Position numbers and translations under genes: made by a program
Source: an uncultured Phycisphaeraceae bacterium
GTDB lineage: Bacteria; Planctomycetota; Phycisphaerae; Phycisphaerales; UBA1924
DNA length: 51,569 bases
Direction of reading: 5' to 3'
Assembly (NCBI GenBank): GCA_964500365.1
Contig: CAZCPB010000002.1
Coordinates: forward strand, 1-51,569
Shown: in pieces, positions 1-9,180 of the stretch
Layout of the letters: every line of letters starts with the position of its first letter
How positions within the stretch are numbered: the stretch's first letter is position 1
The notes under the pieces: model-generated
Told to the model about the DNA's origin: nothing
What the model saw: only the letters and a program-made list of their open reading frames with translations
Databases searched by the model: none

Positions 1-426
1 ATCTTCTCGACGCACGCGATGTTCGAGGCCGAGGCGCTCTGCGACCAGATCTTCATGATTCACAAGGGGGACAAGGTCCTCGACGGGACGCTGGCGGACA
101 TCGTCGCCCGGTTCGACCCTCGCTCGGTGCTCTTCGAGACCCTGAACGGCGACGGCACCGAGGCGGTGTCCCGCCTGCCGGGGGTTCGCGAGGTGGTGCA
201 CACGGGCAAGGGCGTGATGGAGGCCAAGCTCGACGAGGAGACCGACCCCGTCGTCGCGATGCGTGCGATCGTGGACGCCGCCCCGGTCCGGCGCGTCGAG
301 GTCAAGCGTGTCTCGTTGGAGGACGTCTTCATCGACCTGGTGCTGGGCGGCTCGACCGGCGCGGGCGCCGACCGCGAGAAACTCCGCCAGCAACTCGCCG
401 CCGTCGGGGCGGAGGAGACCGAATGA
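1..426 (+). CDS. ABC transporter ATP-binding protein, C-terminal part (5' end lies outside the window)
   Basis: Frame 1 is open from nt 1. The translation IFSTHAMFEAEALCDQIFMIHKGDKVLDGTL... matches the region after the H-loop (STH) of ABC ATPases. The stop overlaps the next start (ATGA at 423-426), which suggests translational coupling to the permease. Confidence 0.8.
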   Translation: MFSTHAMFEAEALCDQIFMIHKGDKVLDGTLADIVARFDPRSVLFETLNGDGTEAVSRLPGVREVVHTGKGVMEAKLDEETDPVVAMRAIVDAAPVRRVEVKRVSLEDVFIDLVLGGSTGAGADREKLRQQLAAVGAEETE

Positions 427-1862
427 TCCGCACCCTGCTCGTGGCGTGGCGCGAGTTCGCGTCGGTGGTGTTCACGAAGGGCTTCCTGCTCGGCGTGCTG
501 ATCCCGCCGATCATGATGGTCGTCGCGGGCGGGGCGATTTACCTGATGCGGAACCTGGAGCCGCCCCGCGTGACCGGCCGCTTCGCGGTGCTCGACCGCA
601 CCGGCGTGGTCGGCCCGCTGGTCGAGAAGCGAGTGCCCGAGGACATCGCCGCCCGGCGCAAAGAGTCCAAGGAAATGGCCGCCAAGGCCATGGCGAAGGC
701 CGGCGAGCAATTCAAGGTCGATCCCGAGCAGATGGCCCCGGGCAAGGCGATGGCCGACTCGCAGCTGGACATGATGCTGCCCTCGGCCGAGATCAGTGTC
801 GAGCTGATCCCGGCCGGCACGGACGACGCCGGGATCGAAGCGCTCAAGGACTCGCTGCGGAAGACGACCATCAAGGCCGAGGGCGAAGAGACGGGCCGGG
901 GCCCGCTCCTGGCCGTGGCGGTGGTGGAAAAGAAGGCCCTCGAGCCGGACGCCGAGGGCAAGTTCGGCGCCTTCGATCTGTTCGTCGCTCCCAAGCTGGA
1001 CATCGAGATCCAGGGAAGTCTCGAGCGGAGCGTCGGCGAGTCGATTGTCGATGCCCGCGTCGCGGGCGACGCGCGGGTGGCCGACGCGGGCCTGGACGCC
1101 AAGGCCCTACGGGCCATGCTCGCCCGCCCCAACATCGACCCGGTCACCATGACCAAGACCGGCGAGAGCAAGGCCATGGGCCAGCTCCAGATGCTCGTCC
1201 CCGTCGGCTTCATGGTCCTCATGATGGTCTCGGTGATGACCACGGGGCAGTACCTGATGACGACGGTCGTGGAGGAGAAGTCCAGCCGCGTCATGGAGGT
1301 GCTGCTCTCGGCCGTCTCGCCGATGCAGCTCATGACCGGCAAGATCATCGGGCACATGTCGGTCGGGGTGCTCATCATCGCGATCTACGGGGGCGCGGGG
1401 ATCGCGGGGCTGATCGCCTTCGCGCTCACGCAGCTGGTCTCGCCCATGATGCTCGTGCTGCTGGTCTGCTACTTCGTGGTGGCGGCGGTGAGCATGGCCG
1501 CGATGATGGCGGCGATCGGCGCCGCGGTCAACGAGCTGCGCGAGGCGCAGACGCTCATGACGCCGGTGATCATGCTCACGATCCTGCCGTGGATGATGTG
1601 GTTCCTGATCCAGCGGGCGCCCAACTCGGCGCTGGCCACGTCGCTCAGCTTCGTCCCGCTCGTCGGGCCGTTCGTGATGGTCCTCCGGCTGGGGGGGAGC
1701 GAGCCGGTCCCCTCCTGGCAGCACCCGGTGGCGATCGTGATCGGGATCGTGACCTGCGGCCTTGTCCTGTGGGCCGCGGCCAAGATCTTCAGGATCGGCG
1801 TGCTCATGTACGGCAAGCCGCCGAACTTCAGCACGCTGATCAGGTGGGTGCGGATGGCCTGA
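423..1862 (+). CDS. ABC-2 type transporter permease (NatB-like)
   Basis: 479-aa ORF with an ATG start. It has an N-terminal TM helix, a long soluble loop, then about 5-6 hydrophobic helices (MLVPVGFMVLMMVSVM..., IIGHMSVGVLIIAIYGGAGIAGLIAF..., etc.). It is coupled to the upstream ATPase. Confidence 0.8.
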   Translation: MIRTLLVAWREFASVVFTKGFLLGVLIPPIMMVVAGGAIYLMRNLEPPRVTGRFAVLDRTGVVGPLVEKRVPEDIAARRKESKEMAAKAMAKAGEQFKVDPEQMAPGKAMADSQLDMMLPSAEISVELIPAGTDDAGIEALKDSLRKTTIKAEGEETGRGPLLAVAVVEKKALEPDAEGKFGAFDLFVAPKLDIEIQGSLERSVGESIVDARVAGDARVADAGLDAKALRAMLARPNIDPVTMTKTGESKAMGQLQMLVPVGFMVLMMVSVMTTGQYLMTTVVEEKSSRVMEVLLSAVSPMQLMTGKIIGHMSVGVLIIAIYGGAGIAGLIAFALTQLVSPMMLVLLVCYFVVAAVSMAAMMAAIGAAVNELREAQTLMTPVIMLTILPWMMWFLIQRAPNSALATSLSFVPLVGPFVMVLRLGGSEPVPSWQHPVAIVIGIVTCGLVLWAAAKIFRIGVLMYGKPPNFSTLIRWVRMA

Positions 1863-1936
1863 CCGATCCCCGGCCCCGACGGTGGCGGGCACGGGTGAAG
1901 GGCGAGGCTTGCCATGACCGTGGAGGTCCGCCGAGC

Positions 1937-2728
1937 GTGAATTCACGCCGACCCGCGCACGACCTTGATCGATTCGACCTCTACGAGCTGTGCGTGACCG
2001 ATGCGCCGCGCCTGGCGCGATTCCTACACGCGGTCCACGGGCGCGCTCCCCAAACCATTCGCGAGGACTTCAGCGGCACGGGGGCCCTCGCCCGGGCCTG
2101 GGCGGCCGTGATCCCCGGCGGGAGCGCGACCGCCGTCGATCGCGACCCCGAGCCCCTGGCGCGTTGCCGCGGCGTGCGGGGCGTCCGCGCGATCGTGCGG
2201 GACGCCGCACGCTGCCGCGCCGGGGCCGACGTCATCGCGGCCACCAACTTCCCGATCGGCTACTGGCACGATCGCGCCTCGCTGCTGCGTTACTTCCGGG
2301 CGGTGCGCGCCTCGCTCAACCCCCGCGGCATCTTCGCCTGCGACACCTACGGCGGGCGGGATGCGTTCGAGCGCCTCACCATCACCCGGCGCGTTCGCGG
2401 TCCGGGCGGCGAACGGATCGAGCACGCCTGGGAACAGCGCGACGCCGACCCGGCCGGCGCGATGGTGACCGACGTGCTGCACTTCCGCGTCCGCAATCGG
2501 GGGGCGCGCCGGGACCGCGTGCTCAGGGATGCCTTCGTGTACCGCTGGCGGCTGTGGTCGATCGCGGAGGTCCGCGACGCCCTGTCCGAGGCCGGGTTCA
2601 GCGCGGTCGAGGTGTACGACCGCCTCGGCGATGCGGTGGACCATCGAGGGCGGCTCCACGTCCGACCCCTTCGGCCGGGCGACCCGCTCGATGAAAACTA
2701 CGTGGTCTACGTGGTCGGCCGGCGGTGA
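1937..2728 (+). CDS. class I SAM-dependent methyltransferase
   Basis: In-frame GTG at 1937 within track ORF 263..2728. Downstream translation shows motif I-like 'EDFSGTGALARAW' and motif II-like 'AVDRDPEP'. The upstream part of the ORF is Arg/Pro-rich junk that overlaps the permease in another frame. The start codon is uncertain. Confidence 0.65.
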   Translation: MNSRRPAHDLDRFDLYELCVTDAPRLARFLHAVHGRAPQTIREDFSGTGALARAWAAVIPGGSATAVDRDPEPLARCRGVRGVRAIVRDAARCRAGADVIAATNFPIGYWHDRASLLRYFRAVRASLNPRGIFACDTYGGRDAFERLTITRRVRGPGGERIEHAWEQRDADPAGAMVTDVLHFRVRNRGARRDRVLRDAFVYRWRLWSIAEVRDALSEAGFSAVEVYDRLGDAVDHRGRLHVRPLRPGDPLDENYVVYVVGRR

Positions 2729-2799
2729 GGAAGCGGGGACGCCTGTCCGAGGCTCGGGTACGATGACGGGGTGATCGCGTCCGCACGGAGGATCCGTCG

Positions 2800-3441
2800 A
2801 TGAGCGGGGACCGCTGCGTGCTGTGGCTTGTGCCCGGGCGGACCCCCGACGCCGAGCTTCTGGGCGCGCTGGATCGCAAGGGTCTTCTCGTCGAGACCGC
2901 GGCGGACCCATACGGGGCGCTGGGACGGATCTGCGCGGCCTCCCGCTCGGCTCATTCGCGCGCGTCGGTGCTCCTCTTCTGCGACCCGCGGGACCTCGCA
3001 CACGCGGGCGACGTCGCGCGCCTTGCCGAGCGGTACGCCCCGCGGGCCAAGGCTTGGATCTTCGATTCGACCGCCCGCTCGCTCCGCGCGGCCTCGAGCG
3101 AGGACTTCGCGGCGTGGACTGAACCGAAAGTCCAGGTCCCGTCCGGGGAGGTCGTCGAACCCGGCCCCGGGCGTCCACCCCGCGCGGTCGCGGCGCGGAT
3201 GCCGAGGCCGGCGGCACACCCGGCCGCGGCCCATCGCCCGCGCGCGGCCGGGGGGCTGAAACTGAGTGGGACGGGTTCTCTGCCGCCGCTGCCGGAAATC
3301 GACGAGAGTCAGACGCCCGATAAGACCGCGGGCGCGGCGATGCCTGACGGTGAACCCGGGACCTCCACGCCCGCCGGGCTCCTGAGCGACGAAGAACTCG
3401 CGATGCTCCTTTCCCCGGACGATCCCGCGCGGCAAGATTGA
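2800..3441 (+). CDS. hypothetical protein with a receiver-like N-terminal region and a Pro/Ala-rich tail
   Basis: ATG at 2800, with GGAGGA 8 nt upstream. GC is high at third codon positions. The N-terminus (VLWLVPGRTPDAELLGALDRKGLLVETAADPYGALGRI) resembles that of the GGDEF protein immediately downstream. Confidence 0.55.
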   Translation: MSGDRCVLWLVPGRTPDAELLGALDRKGLLVETAADPYGALGRICAASRSAHSRASVLLFCDPRDLAHAGDVARLAERYAPRAKAWIFDSTARSLRAASSEDFAAWTEPKVQVPSGEVVEPGPGRPPRAVAARMPRPAAHPAAAHRPRAAGGLKLSGTGSLPPLPEIDESQTPDKTAGAAMPDGEPGTSTPAGLLSDEELAMLLSPDDPARQD

Positions 3442-3517
3442 AGAGGAGGGGCGGCTGGGGCCGCACCCGTGCCCTGAGCGTCTCGTAGCAGGGGAGTTCC
3501 CGCTCGCCGGGCTTACC

Positions 3518-4897
3518 GTGGAAGAGCACACCGAACATCCCGATCTCCGCGTGCTCCTGGTGGGCAGGACCGGGCTTGATGCCGCGCTGCGGCTCGACCC
3601 CGGCATCGAGCTCGTCCGGGTACGGACCGCGCTCGAGGCGATCGGTGAACTGTCTGACCCGATCGACGAGACCTCGCCGTCACGGGCCGTGATCATCGTC
3701 GGCCCCGATGCCGACCCGGGCCCGGGGAAGAACGGTCACGCGGGGCGACATGAATTCGTGAGCGCCGCGAGGCTGGTCGACCCGGCGGTTCGAGTGCTGC
3801 GCGCCCTGGACAAGGACGGGACCGCGGGCGGCGAGACCGCGGGCTTCGACGGGACGATCGATCCGCGGGCCGCGGCGCCCGTCGTCACGGCGGTGGTCAG
3901 GGAAAGGTTCTCCACTCCGTCCCCGCCGGCTCCGCACCGCGCGCCGGCGCCGTCGGTGCCGTCCGCGAACGGTCCGGCGCGGCCGCCCGGCGTTTCGGCG
4001 CCAGCGCACACGCCCGCGGCGTCCCCCGCCCCGGTCGAACTGGGCGCGGGGCTGCCCGCCGACCGCCTGACCGACTGTGGCGACGCGGTCCTCGTCCGGG
4101 CGCTGCTGCGCGGCGGCGACCTGCTCGTCCCGGCGCTGGCGATCATTCGCGCGCGCACCACCGACGAGGGGGTGCGGTTCGTGCGGGCCGGCCAGGCCGT
4201 GCCCGAGGCCGCCGTCCCGGTCGCCGTGGAGGCCGAGGGCGCGACGTACGGCGTGCTCTGGTCGGAGCGCACGCTACCCGAGGAGCTTCGCCTCCACGCG
4301 GAGTGGCTGGCCCTATGGCTGCGGCTGGGAGACCAGCAGGCCCAGCTCCGGGACGCGGCGTTCACCGATTCGCTGACGGGCGCGTGGAACCGCCGTTACT
4401 TCGACCGGTACCTGACTGCCGCGATCCAGCGGGCGAGGGCCGCGCGTCAACCGGTGACGGTCATGTGCTTCGACATCGACGACTTCAAGCGTTTCAACGA
4501 CACGTACGGGCACGCGGCGGCGGACGAGATCCTGATCGAGACGGTGCGCCTGCTGCGGAGCGTGATCCGGCCCTCTGACCGCGTGTGCCGCGTGGGCGGC
4601 GACGAGTTCGCGGTGATCTTCCACGAGCCCCACGGGCCGCGGAAGCCCGGGAGCGCGCCCCCGGGGGACGTCTTCGACATCGCCCGGCGCTTCCAGGAAC
4701 AGGTCTGTCAGCAGCGCTTCCCCAAGCTCGGCGTGGACGCGCCCGGGACGCTCACCGTCTCGGGCGGGCTCGCGACGTTTCCCTGGGACGGGAGCACGCC
4801 GGAGGAACTGATCCGGCACGCGGACATGCTGGCGCTCGAGAGCAAACGGGCCGGGAAGAACGCGATCGTTTTCGGGCCCGGGCCCGGGGAGCGCTGA
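3518..4897 (+). CDS. GGDEF-domain diguanylate cyclase with an N-terminal receiver-like region
   Basis: C-terminal motifs: 'LTGAWNRRYF', 'FDIDDFKRFNDTYGHAAADEIL', 'RVGGDEFAVIF'. GTG start at 3518. Confidence 0.85.
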   Translation: MEEHTEHPDLRVLLVGRTGLDAALRLDPGIELVRVRTALEAIGELSDPIDETSPSRAVIIVGPDADPGPGKNGHAGRHEFVSAARLVDPAVRVLRALDKDGTAGGETAGFDGTIDPRAAAPVVTAVVRERFSTPSPPAPHRAPAPSVPSANGPARPPGVSAPAHTPAASPAPVELGAGLPADRLTDCGDAVLVRALLRGGDLLVPALAIIRARTTDEGVRFVRAGQAVPEAAVPVAVEAEGATYGVLWSERTLPEELRLHAEWLALWLRLGDQQAQLRDAAFTDSLTGAWNRRYFDRYLTAAIQRARAARQPVTVMCFDIDDFKRFNDTYGHAAADEILIETVRLLRSVIRPSDRVCRVGGDEFAVIFHEPHGPRKPGSAPPGDVFDIARRFQEQVCQQRFPKLGVDAPGTLTVSGGLATFPWDGSTPEELIRHADMLALESKRAGKNAIVFGPGPGER

Positions 4898-4903
4898 GCG
4901 CGG

Positions 4904-5782
4904 CTATTGACGCCGCTCGAGCTCGCGGACGAACTCGCTCAGCGAGGCGCTGAACTCCTCGGGGCACTCGATCATCGGCGCGTGCCCGCAGCGATCGAGC
5001 CAGACGAGGCGCGAATCGCGGATCGTGCGGTGGAAGATTTCCGCGGCCTCGGGGGGCGTGACGACGTCCTGCCGTCCCCAGATGAGGAGCGTGGGCGCGG
5101 CGATCTCGGCGATGCGCTCGCCGAGGTGGTCGCGGCGCGCCGAGCGGGAGAGCCGGACCATCGCGCGGGCGCCGGCGCGGCGCGACAGCTCGCGGTGCGC
5201 CCGGTCGATGTCGCCTTCGCTCAGCTTGGAGCGGTCGAAGAACAACTCGCCGATCTTCTCGACCAGCCACTCGCGGCTGGGATGGATCTGGATCTCCCGG
5301 ACCATCGATTTCTCGATCAGGCCCGAGGACCCCGCCAGGACCAGGCCGCGGACCAGGTCCGGCCGGTGCAGCGCCAGCCGCAGCGCCACGTGCCCCCCGA
5401 AGGAGTTGCCCACCAGCACCGACGGCTCCCGGAGGTGGTGCTCCAGGAACTGGGCGGTCAGTGACTCGACGCCGTGGATCGAGCAGTCGTCCCCGGTCAG
5501 CTGGAGCAGGGGCAGCTCGAGCATGATGCAGCGGCAGCCGGCCCGGACCCGCCGAACGACGTCCTCCCAGTGGTCGTTCAGCCCGACCAGTCCGTGAAGG
5601 AACACGATGGGGCAGCCGGCCCCGGAGTCGATGACCTTGGCGTGCACCGGGCCGTCACTGCCGCGCAGCACCACCGTGCCGTGGCCGTTCTCCGTCAACG
5701 TCGAGCCCGTCCTGTGGTCGGTTTGTGTCAAGAACGCTCCCGCGTACGCGGCCCGGATCGCCGTCACGGATAGTAACGGCAA
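4904..5782 (-). CDS. alpha/beta hydrolase fold protein
   Basis: 'IVFLHGLVG' oxyanion region, nucleophile elbow 'GNSFGG', and C-terminal 'CGHAPMIE' His region. The track start at 5782 is TTG. An in-frame GTG at 5767 is an alternative start. Confidence 0.8.
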   Translation of the reverse strand: MPLLSVTAIRAAYAGAFLTQTDHRTGSTLTENGHGTVVLRGSDGPVHAKVIDSGAGCPIVFLHGLVGLNDHWEDVVRRVRAGCRCIMLELPLLQLTGDDCSIHGVESLTAQFLEHHLREPSVLVGNSFGGHVALRLALHRPDLVRGLVLAGSSGLIEKSMVREIQIHPSREWLVEKIGELFFDRSKLSEGDIDRAHRELSRRAGARAMVRLSRSARRDHLGERIAEIAAPTLLIWGRQDVVTPPEAAEIFHRTIRDSRLVWLDRCGHAPMIECPEEFSASLSEFVRELERRQ

Positions 5783-5808
5783 TCCGCGTCCGCGTCATTT
5801 GCGTTCGG

Positions 5809-6690
5809 TCAAGTCGCGCCCCGCACTCCGGCCCGGCTCGTTGTTTCAGGGAGCCCCGGCTCGATCGCCGCGGCCGGAACCACGGGACGGGCCGCCGCGA
5901 CCAGCCGTCCGTCCTCGATCTTCACCACGCGGTCGGCACGCCGTGCGGTCTCCGGGTCGTGGGTCACGACGACCAGCGTCTGGCGGTCGCGGTCGTGGAT
6001 TTCCTGCAGGAGGTCGAGGATGGCGTTCCCCGTGGCCCTGTCGAGGTTGCCTGTGGGCTCGTCGGCCAGAAGGAGCTTGGGCTTGTTGACAAGGGCCCGG
6101 GCGATCGCCACCCGCTGGCGCTCTCCACCGGACAGTTCGACGGGGCGGTGCTTCAGGCGGTGGCCGAGACCGACGCGGGCCAGGAGCTCGCGAGCATGGG
6201 CGGTCGCGCCCGACCGGCCGGCCATGTACCCGAGGCCGTGGCGAGCCATCGCGGCGATCAGGACGTTCTCGAGCACGTCGAGCTCGGGGAAGAGGTGGTA
6301 GAGCTGGAAGATGAAGCCGACGGACCCTGCCCGGTAGGCGTTGAGCTCGCGCGACGAGAGCGAAGCGAGCTCCCGGCCTTCGAACTCGATCGACGACTTC
6401 TGCTCGACGCGGGGCGAGGAACCGCCGCACTCGGGGCACTGCTGATTCTTCAAGCCCCTGGTCGAGTACCCGCAGTTCGTGCACTTGAGCACGCCGCGAT
6501 CGGGCCGGTCGAGCGCCCCGAGGAGGTGCAGCAGGGTGGACTTGCCCGAGCCCGAGGCGCCGAGCACGGCGAGGAACTCGCCGCGCCGGACGTCGAGGGA
6601 AACGCCCTTGAGCACCGGGACGGCGACGCGTCCCAGCCGGTAGGTCTTGTGAAGGTCGCGGGCGGAGAGGATGAACTGGTTCCCGTGCAT
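5809..6690 (-). CDS. LolD/MacB-type ABC transporter ATP-binding protein carrying a zinc-ribbon insertion
   Basis: Internal ATG at 6690 (MHGNQFILSARDLHKTY...). Walker A 'GASGSGKST', signature 'LSGGERQR', Walker B 'LLLADEPT', H-loop 'VTHD'. It lies immediately downstream of a LolC/E-type permease gene. The N-terminal 186 codons of track ORF 5809..7251 overlap that permease gene out of frame and were rejected. Confidence 0.85.
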   Translation of the reverse strand: MHGNQFILSARDLHKTYRLGRVAVPVLKGVSLDVRRGEFLAVLGASGSGKSTLLHLLGALDRPDRGVLKCTNCGYSTRGLKNQQCPECGGSSPRVEQKSSIEFEGRELASLSSRELNAYRAGSVGFIFQLYHLFPELDVLENVLIAAMARHGLGYMAGRSGATAHARELLARVGLGHRLKHRPVELSGGERQRVAIARALVNKPKLLLADEPTGNLDRATGNAILDLLQEIHDRDRQTLVVVTHDPETARRADRVVKIEDGRLVAAARPVVPAAAIEPGLPETTSRAGVRGAT

Positions 6691-6764
6691 CAGCTTCGAG
6701 TTCTTCGCCTTATGCCGCGTACTCCCTGCTCGCCGGCGCGTTCCGTCGAGGGGTGTCGGCGGTC

Positions 6765-8372
6765 CTATTCGAACCTCAGCGCCCGGACCGGGTCCATCCA
6801 CGCCGCGCGGACGGCGGGGATGAGCGCCCCCAGCACGCTCGAGAGCAGGCCGCCCGCCAGCACGTAGGCCATCTTCACCGGGTCCACCTTGCTCGGGATC
6901 TCGCTGAAGTAGTAGATCCGCGGGTCCCAGATCATGATGCCCAGAGCCCGCCCCATCCACTCGTGGATCGGGTTGATATTCGTGACGATGGTGTAGGCCA
7001 GCACGCCGCCCAGGATCGACCCCACGAGCCCGATCGCCAGGCCGTAGGAGAGCCACACGCCCGCGACGCCGGACCGGCCCGCCCCGATCGCGCGGAGCGT
7101 GCCGATGTCTTTGGTCTTCTCGCTGACCATCGACCAGAAGATCGCGAGCACCAGGAACACCGCCGTCAGCGAGATGAAGCAGAAGAGGGTCAGCACCAGG
7201 CCGGTTTCCTTCTTCACCGCGGCGATGAACGTGCGGTTCTGGTCCTCCCACGTCGAAACCCGGATGATCGAGGGGTCGGGGACTTCGCCCTTGTGCGCCG
7301 CGGCGAACTGCGCGTAGATATCGCGGCAGCGCTTTGCCACGGCCCGCGCCGCGTCGCCCTCGAGCGTGTCGGCCTTGGCCCGGACGACGACCGTCGTCGC
7401 CCGCGCGGGCTCATCGACGAGTTGCGTCGGCGTGTCGATTTTTTCCTCGCCCGTGTCGGGGTCGATCACGATCTCGATGCCCGGGCCTCCCTCCTTCACG
7501 CGCTTGCCGGCGTTCATCTTCATGAGCGCCTGGAGCGCCTCGAAGTTCACGAGCACCGTGCGGTGATCGACCTCGAAGAGCCCGGAGTGGAACTCGTTGG
7601 CGACCGGGAAGGTGCGGGACTCCATGCCCAGGACCCCGCCGCGCGTGTCCTGCGGGAAGACGCTGAGGGTGATCGCGCCGTTCTGGGGCATGAAGGTGTG
7701 GAGGTAATCGACGCTGCCGTCGGGCGCCCGCTTGGGCGGGCTCATCGGGTCGAAGATGCCCTCGGGCTGGCGGCGGTTGAAGCCGCTCACCTCGATGCCG
7801 AGCACCGCGGCCGGCTTCTCCACCGAGCCCTCTTTCCGGGTCAGCGAGTAGCCGTTTTCGAGCATCTCCGCCCACGACGGCCCCGCCTTGATCGGCGCCG
7901 GGCCGAGCCTGAGGTCACGGCCGGCGGTGTCTTTCTTCACCGGCGACTCCAACGGCCGCCACCACAGGGCCGAGCCGTAGTCGGTGACCCTGGCGAACTT
8001 CTCGCCGTCGATCCCCTTCAGGATCACGCCCTGGACCGTGCCGTCGGGGAGGCGGGCCTGCCCGTAGGTCTCGATCATGGGCATCGCGGCGGCGATCTCG
8101 GGGTCGGCTTCGAGCCGCGTCACCAGATCGTCGTAGTACGGGAACCCGACGGTGGGCCATGTGATGACCACGTCCCCGACCAGCGTGCGGCCCGAGTTCA
8201 CGAGCTTGGCGAGGAACCCCCCCATCACCGACCAGACCACCAGCACCATCGCGGTGCAGAGCACCACCGCGAGGGAGGCGAGCAGGGGCATGACCTTGCT
8301 GGTGAGGTAGCGCCGCGTCAGGAGGGCCTGGTACACGGGGGAGTGTAGGGAGAACCGTGCCGCGCGTTTCAC
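6765..8372 (-). CDS. ABC transporter permease, LolC/E (FtsX/MacB-type) family
   Basis: 535 aa, GTG start. It has an N-terminal TM helix (VMPLLASLAVVLCTAMVLVVWSV), a large periplasmic domain and a C-terminal three-TM FtsX-like module ending in 'AWMDPVRALRFE'. Confidence 0.85.
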   Translation of the reverse strand: MKRAARFSLHSPVYQALLTRRYLTSKVMPLLASLAVVLCTAMVLVVWSVMGGFLAKLVNSGRTLVGDVVITWPTVGFPYYDDLVTRLEADPEIAAAMPMIETYGQARLPDGTVQGVILKGIDGEKFARVTDYGSALWWRPLESPVKKDTAGRDLRLGPAPIKAGPSWAEMLENGYSLTRKEGSVEKPAAVLGIEVSGFNRRQPEGIFDPMSPPKRAPDGSVDYLHTFMPQNGAITLSVFPQDTRGGVLGMESRTFPVANEFHSGLFEVDHRTVLVNFEALQALMKMNAGKRVKEGGPGIEIVIDPDTGEEKIDTPTQLVDEPARATTVVVRAKADTLEGDAARAVAKRCRDIYAQFAAAHKGEVPDPSIIRVSTWEDQNRTFIAAVKKETGLVLTLFCFISLTAVFLVLAIFWSMVSEKTKDIGTLRAIGAGRSGVAGVWLSYGLAIGLVGSILGGVLAYTIVTNINPIHEWMGRALGIMIWDPRIYYFSEIPSKVDPVKMAYVLAGGLLSSVLGALIPAVRAAWMDPVRALRFE

Positions 8373-8531
8373 GGGCGCGGCGAACGAGCGGAAGTTGCGC
8401 CGGCGCCGGGCTCATTCCTCGGAATTGGAGACCATGCCCGACCCGATCTTGAACGCGCTCCCGACCCAGAGCAGGTCCCAGTACCGGCGACACGGCGCTT
8501 CCGGACGGAAAACGCTGCAGTCAGTCTCGCC

Positions 8532-9101
8532 CTACCGCGCGCTCGCGATCTGCCTGGACCTCTCGAGTGAGAGCAGCACATCGTACACGGCGAACGTGAT
8601 CGCCATGGCCAGGGGAAGAGTTGTCAGCAGGGTGGCATCCCGCCGCGCCGCGTCCGTTGACAAGAGCAGGAACGCCAGCACGACCAGGTGAAACACGATC
8701 TGGATTGCGATCGGAGCATGCGGCCAGCCGCGCCTGGCAGCCAGGTACGACCAGAGCGGCCACAGGAGCGCGGGCGCGATGCATAGAGGCACGACGATCG
8801 AGCCTGTACCGCGCACGGCACCATCGAAGGCCGCGATGATGAAGATCGCCAGCGGCGCGGGGGCCGGCTCGCGCACGACCACCACCATCGCGGCACAACT
8901 GAGAAGGAGTGCGGAGAGCCCGGCGGCGCGCCACGGAGCGGTCGTCCAGGGAGCGGGCGGACGCCTCCCTTCGGTTGCTCGCTCGTCGGGCGAACCTGAT
9001 TCGGCGCCCGCGCCAAAGCGCGTGCGCGCCGTGGCGGCGTCTCCGTGGGGTGACTGGCAGACTCCCGTTCCCGCCATGGCGGCAGTGTTACGGCCCGACA
9101 C
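8532..9101 (-). CDS. hypothetical membrane protein
   Basis: The ORF has 4-5 hydrophobic segments (LSALLLSCAAMVVVV, LAIFIIAAF, IVVPLCIAPALLWPLWSYL, IQIVFHLVVLAFLLL, LPLAMAITFAVYDVLL). The start is uncertain: GTG at 9101 or ATG at 9077. Confidence 0.5.
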   Translation of the reverse strand: MSGRNTAAMAGTGVCQSPHGDAATARTRFGAGAESGSPDERATEGRRPPAPWTTAPWRAAGLSALLLSCAAMVVVVREPAPAPLAIFIIAAFDGAVRGTGSIVVPLCIAPALLWPLWSYLAARRGWPHAPIAIQIVFHLVVLAFLLLSTDAARRDATLLTTLPLAMAITFAVYDVLLSLERSRQIASAR

Positions 9102-9180
9102 GCCGGTTGCAAGCGCCTCCGCGGGATGATTGCGGCAGCTTTCTGTTCTCTGATGCCGCGAACCGTTCGTAACATCCCGG

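Noticed and set aside
263-1936. N-terminal ~558 codons of the 821-aa track ORF 263..2728 (+)
   Set aside because: The translation is Arg/Gly/Pro/Ala-rich and low-complexity. It overlaps the well-supported ABC ATPase and permease genes in a different frame. Only the part after the GTG at 1937 looks like a real protein (the methyltransferase).
6753-8348. 531-aa plus-strand ORF opposite the LolC/E permease
   Set aside because: It is antisense to a permease with clear TM topology. The translation is Arg/His/Asp/Pro-rich.
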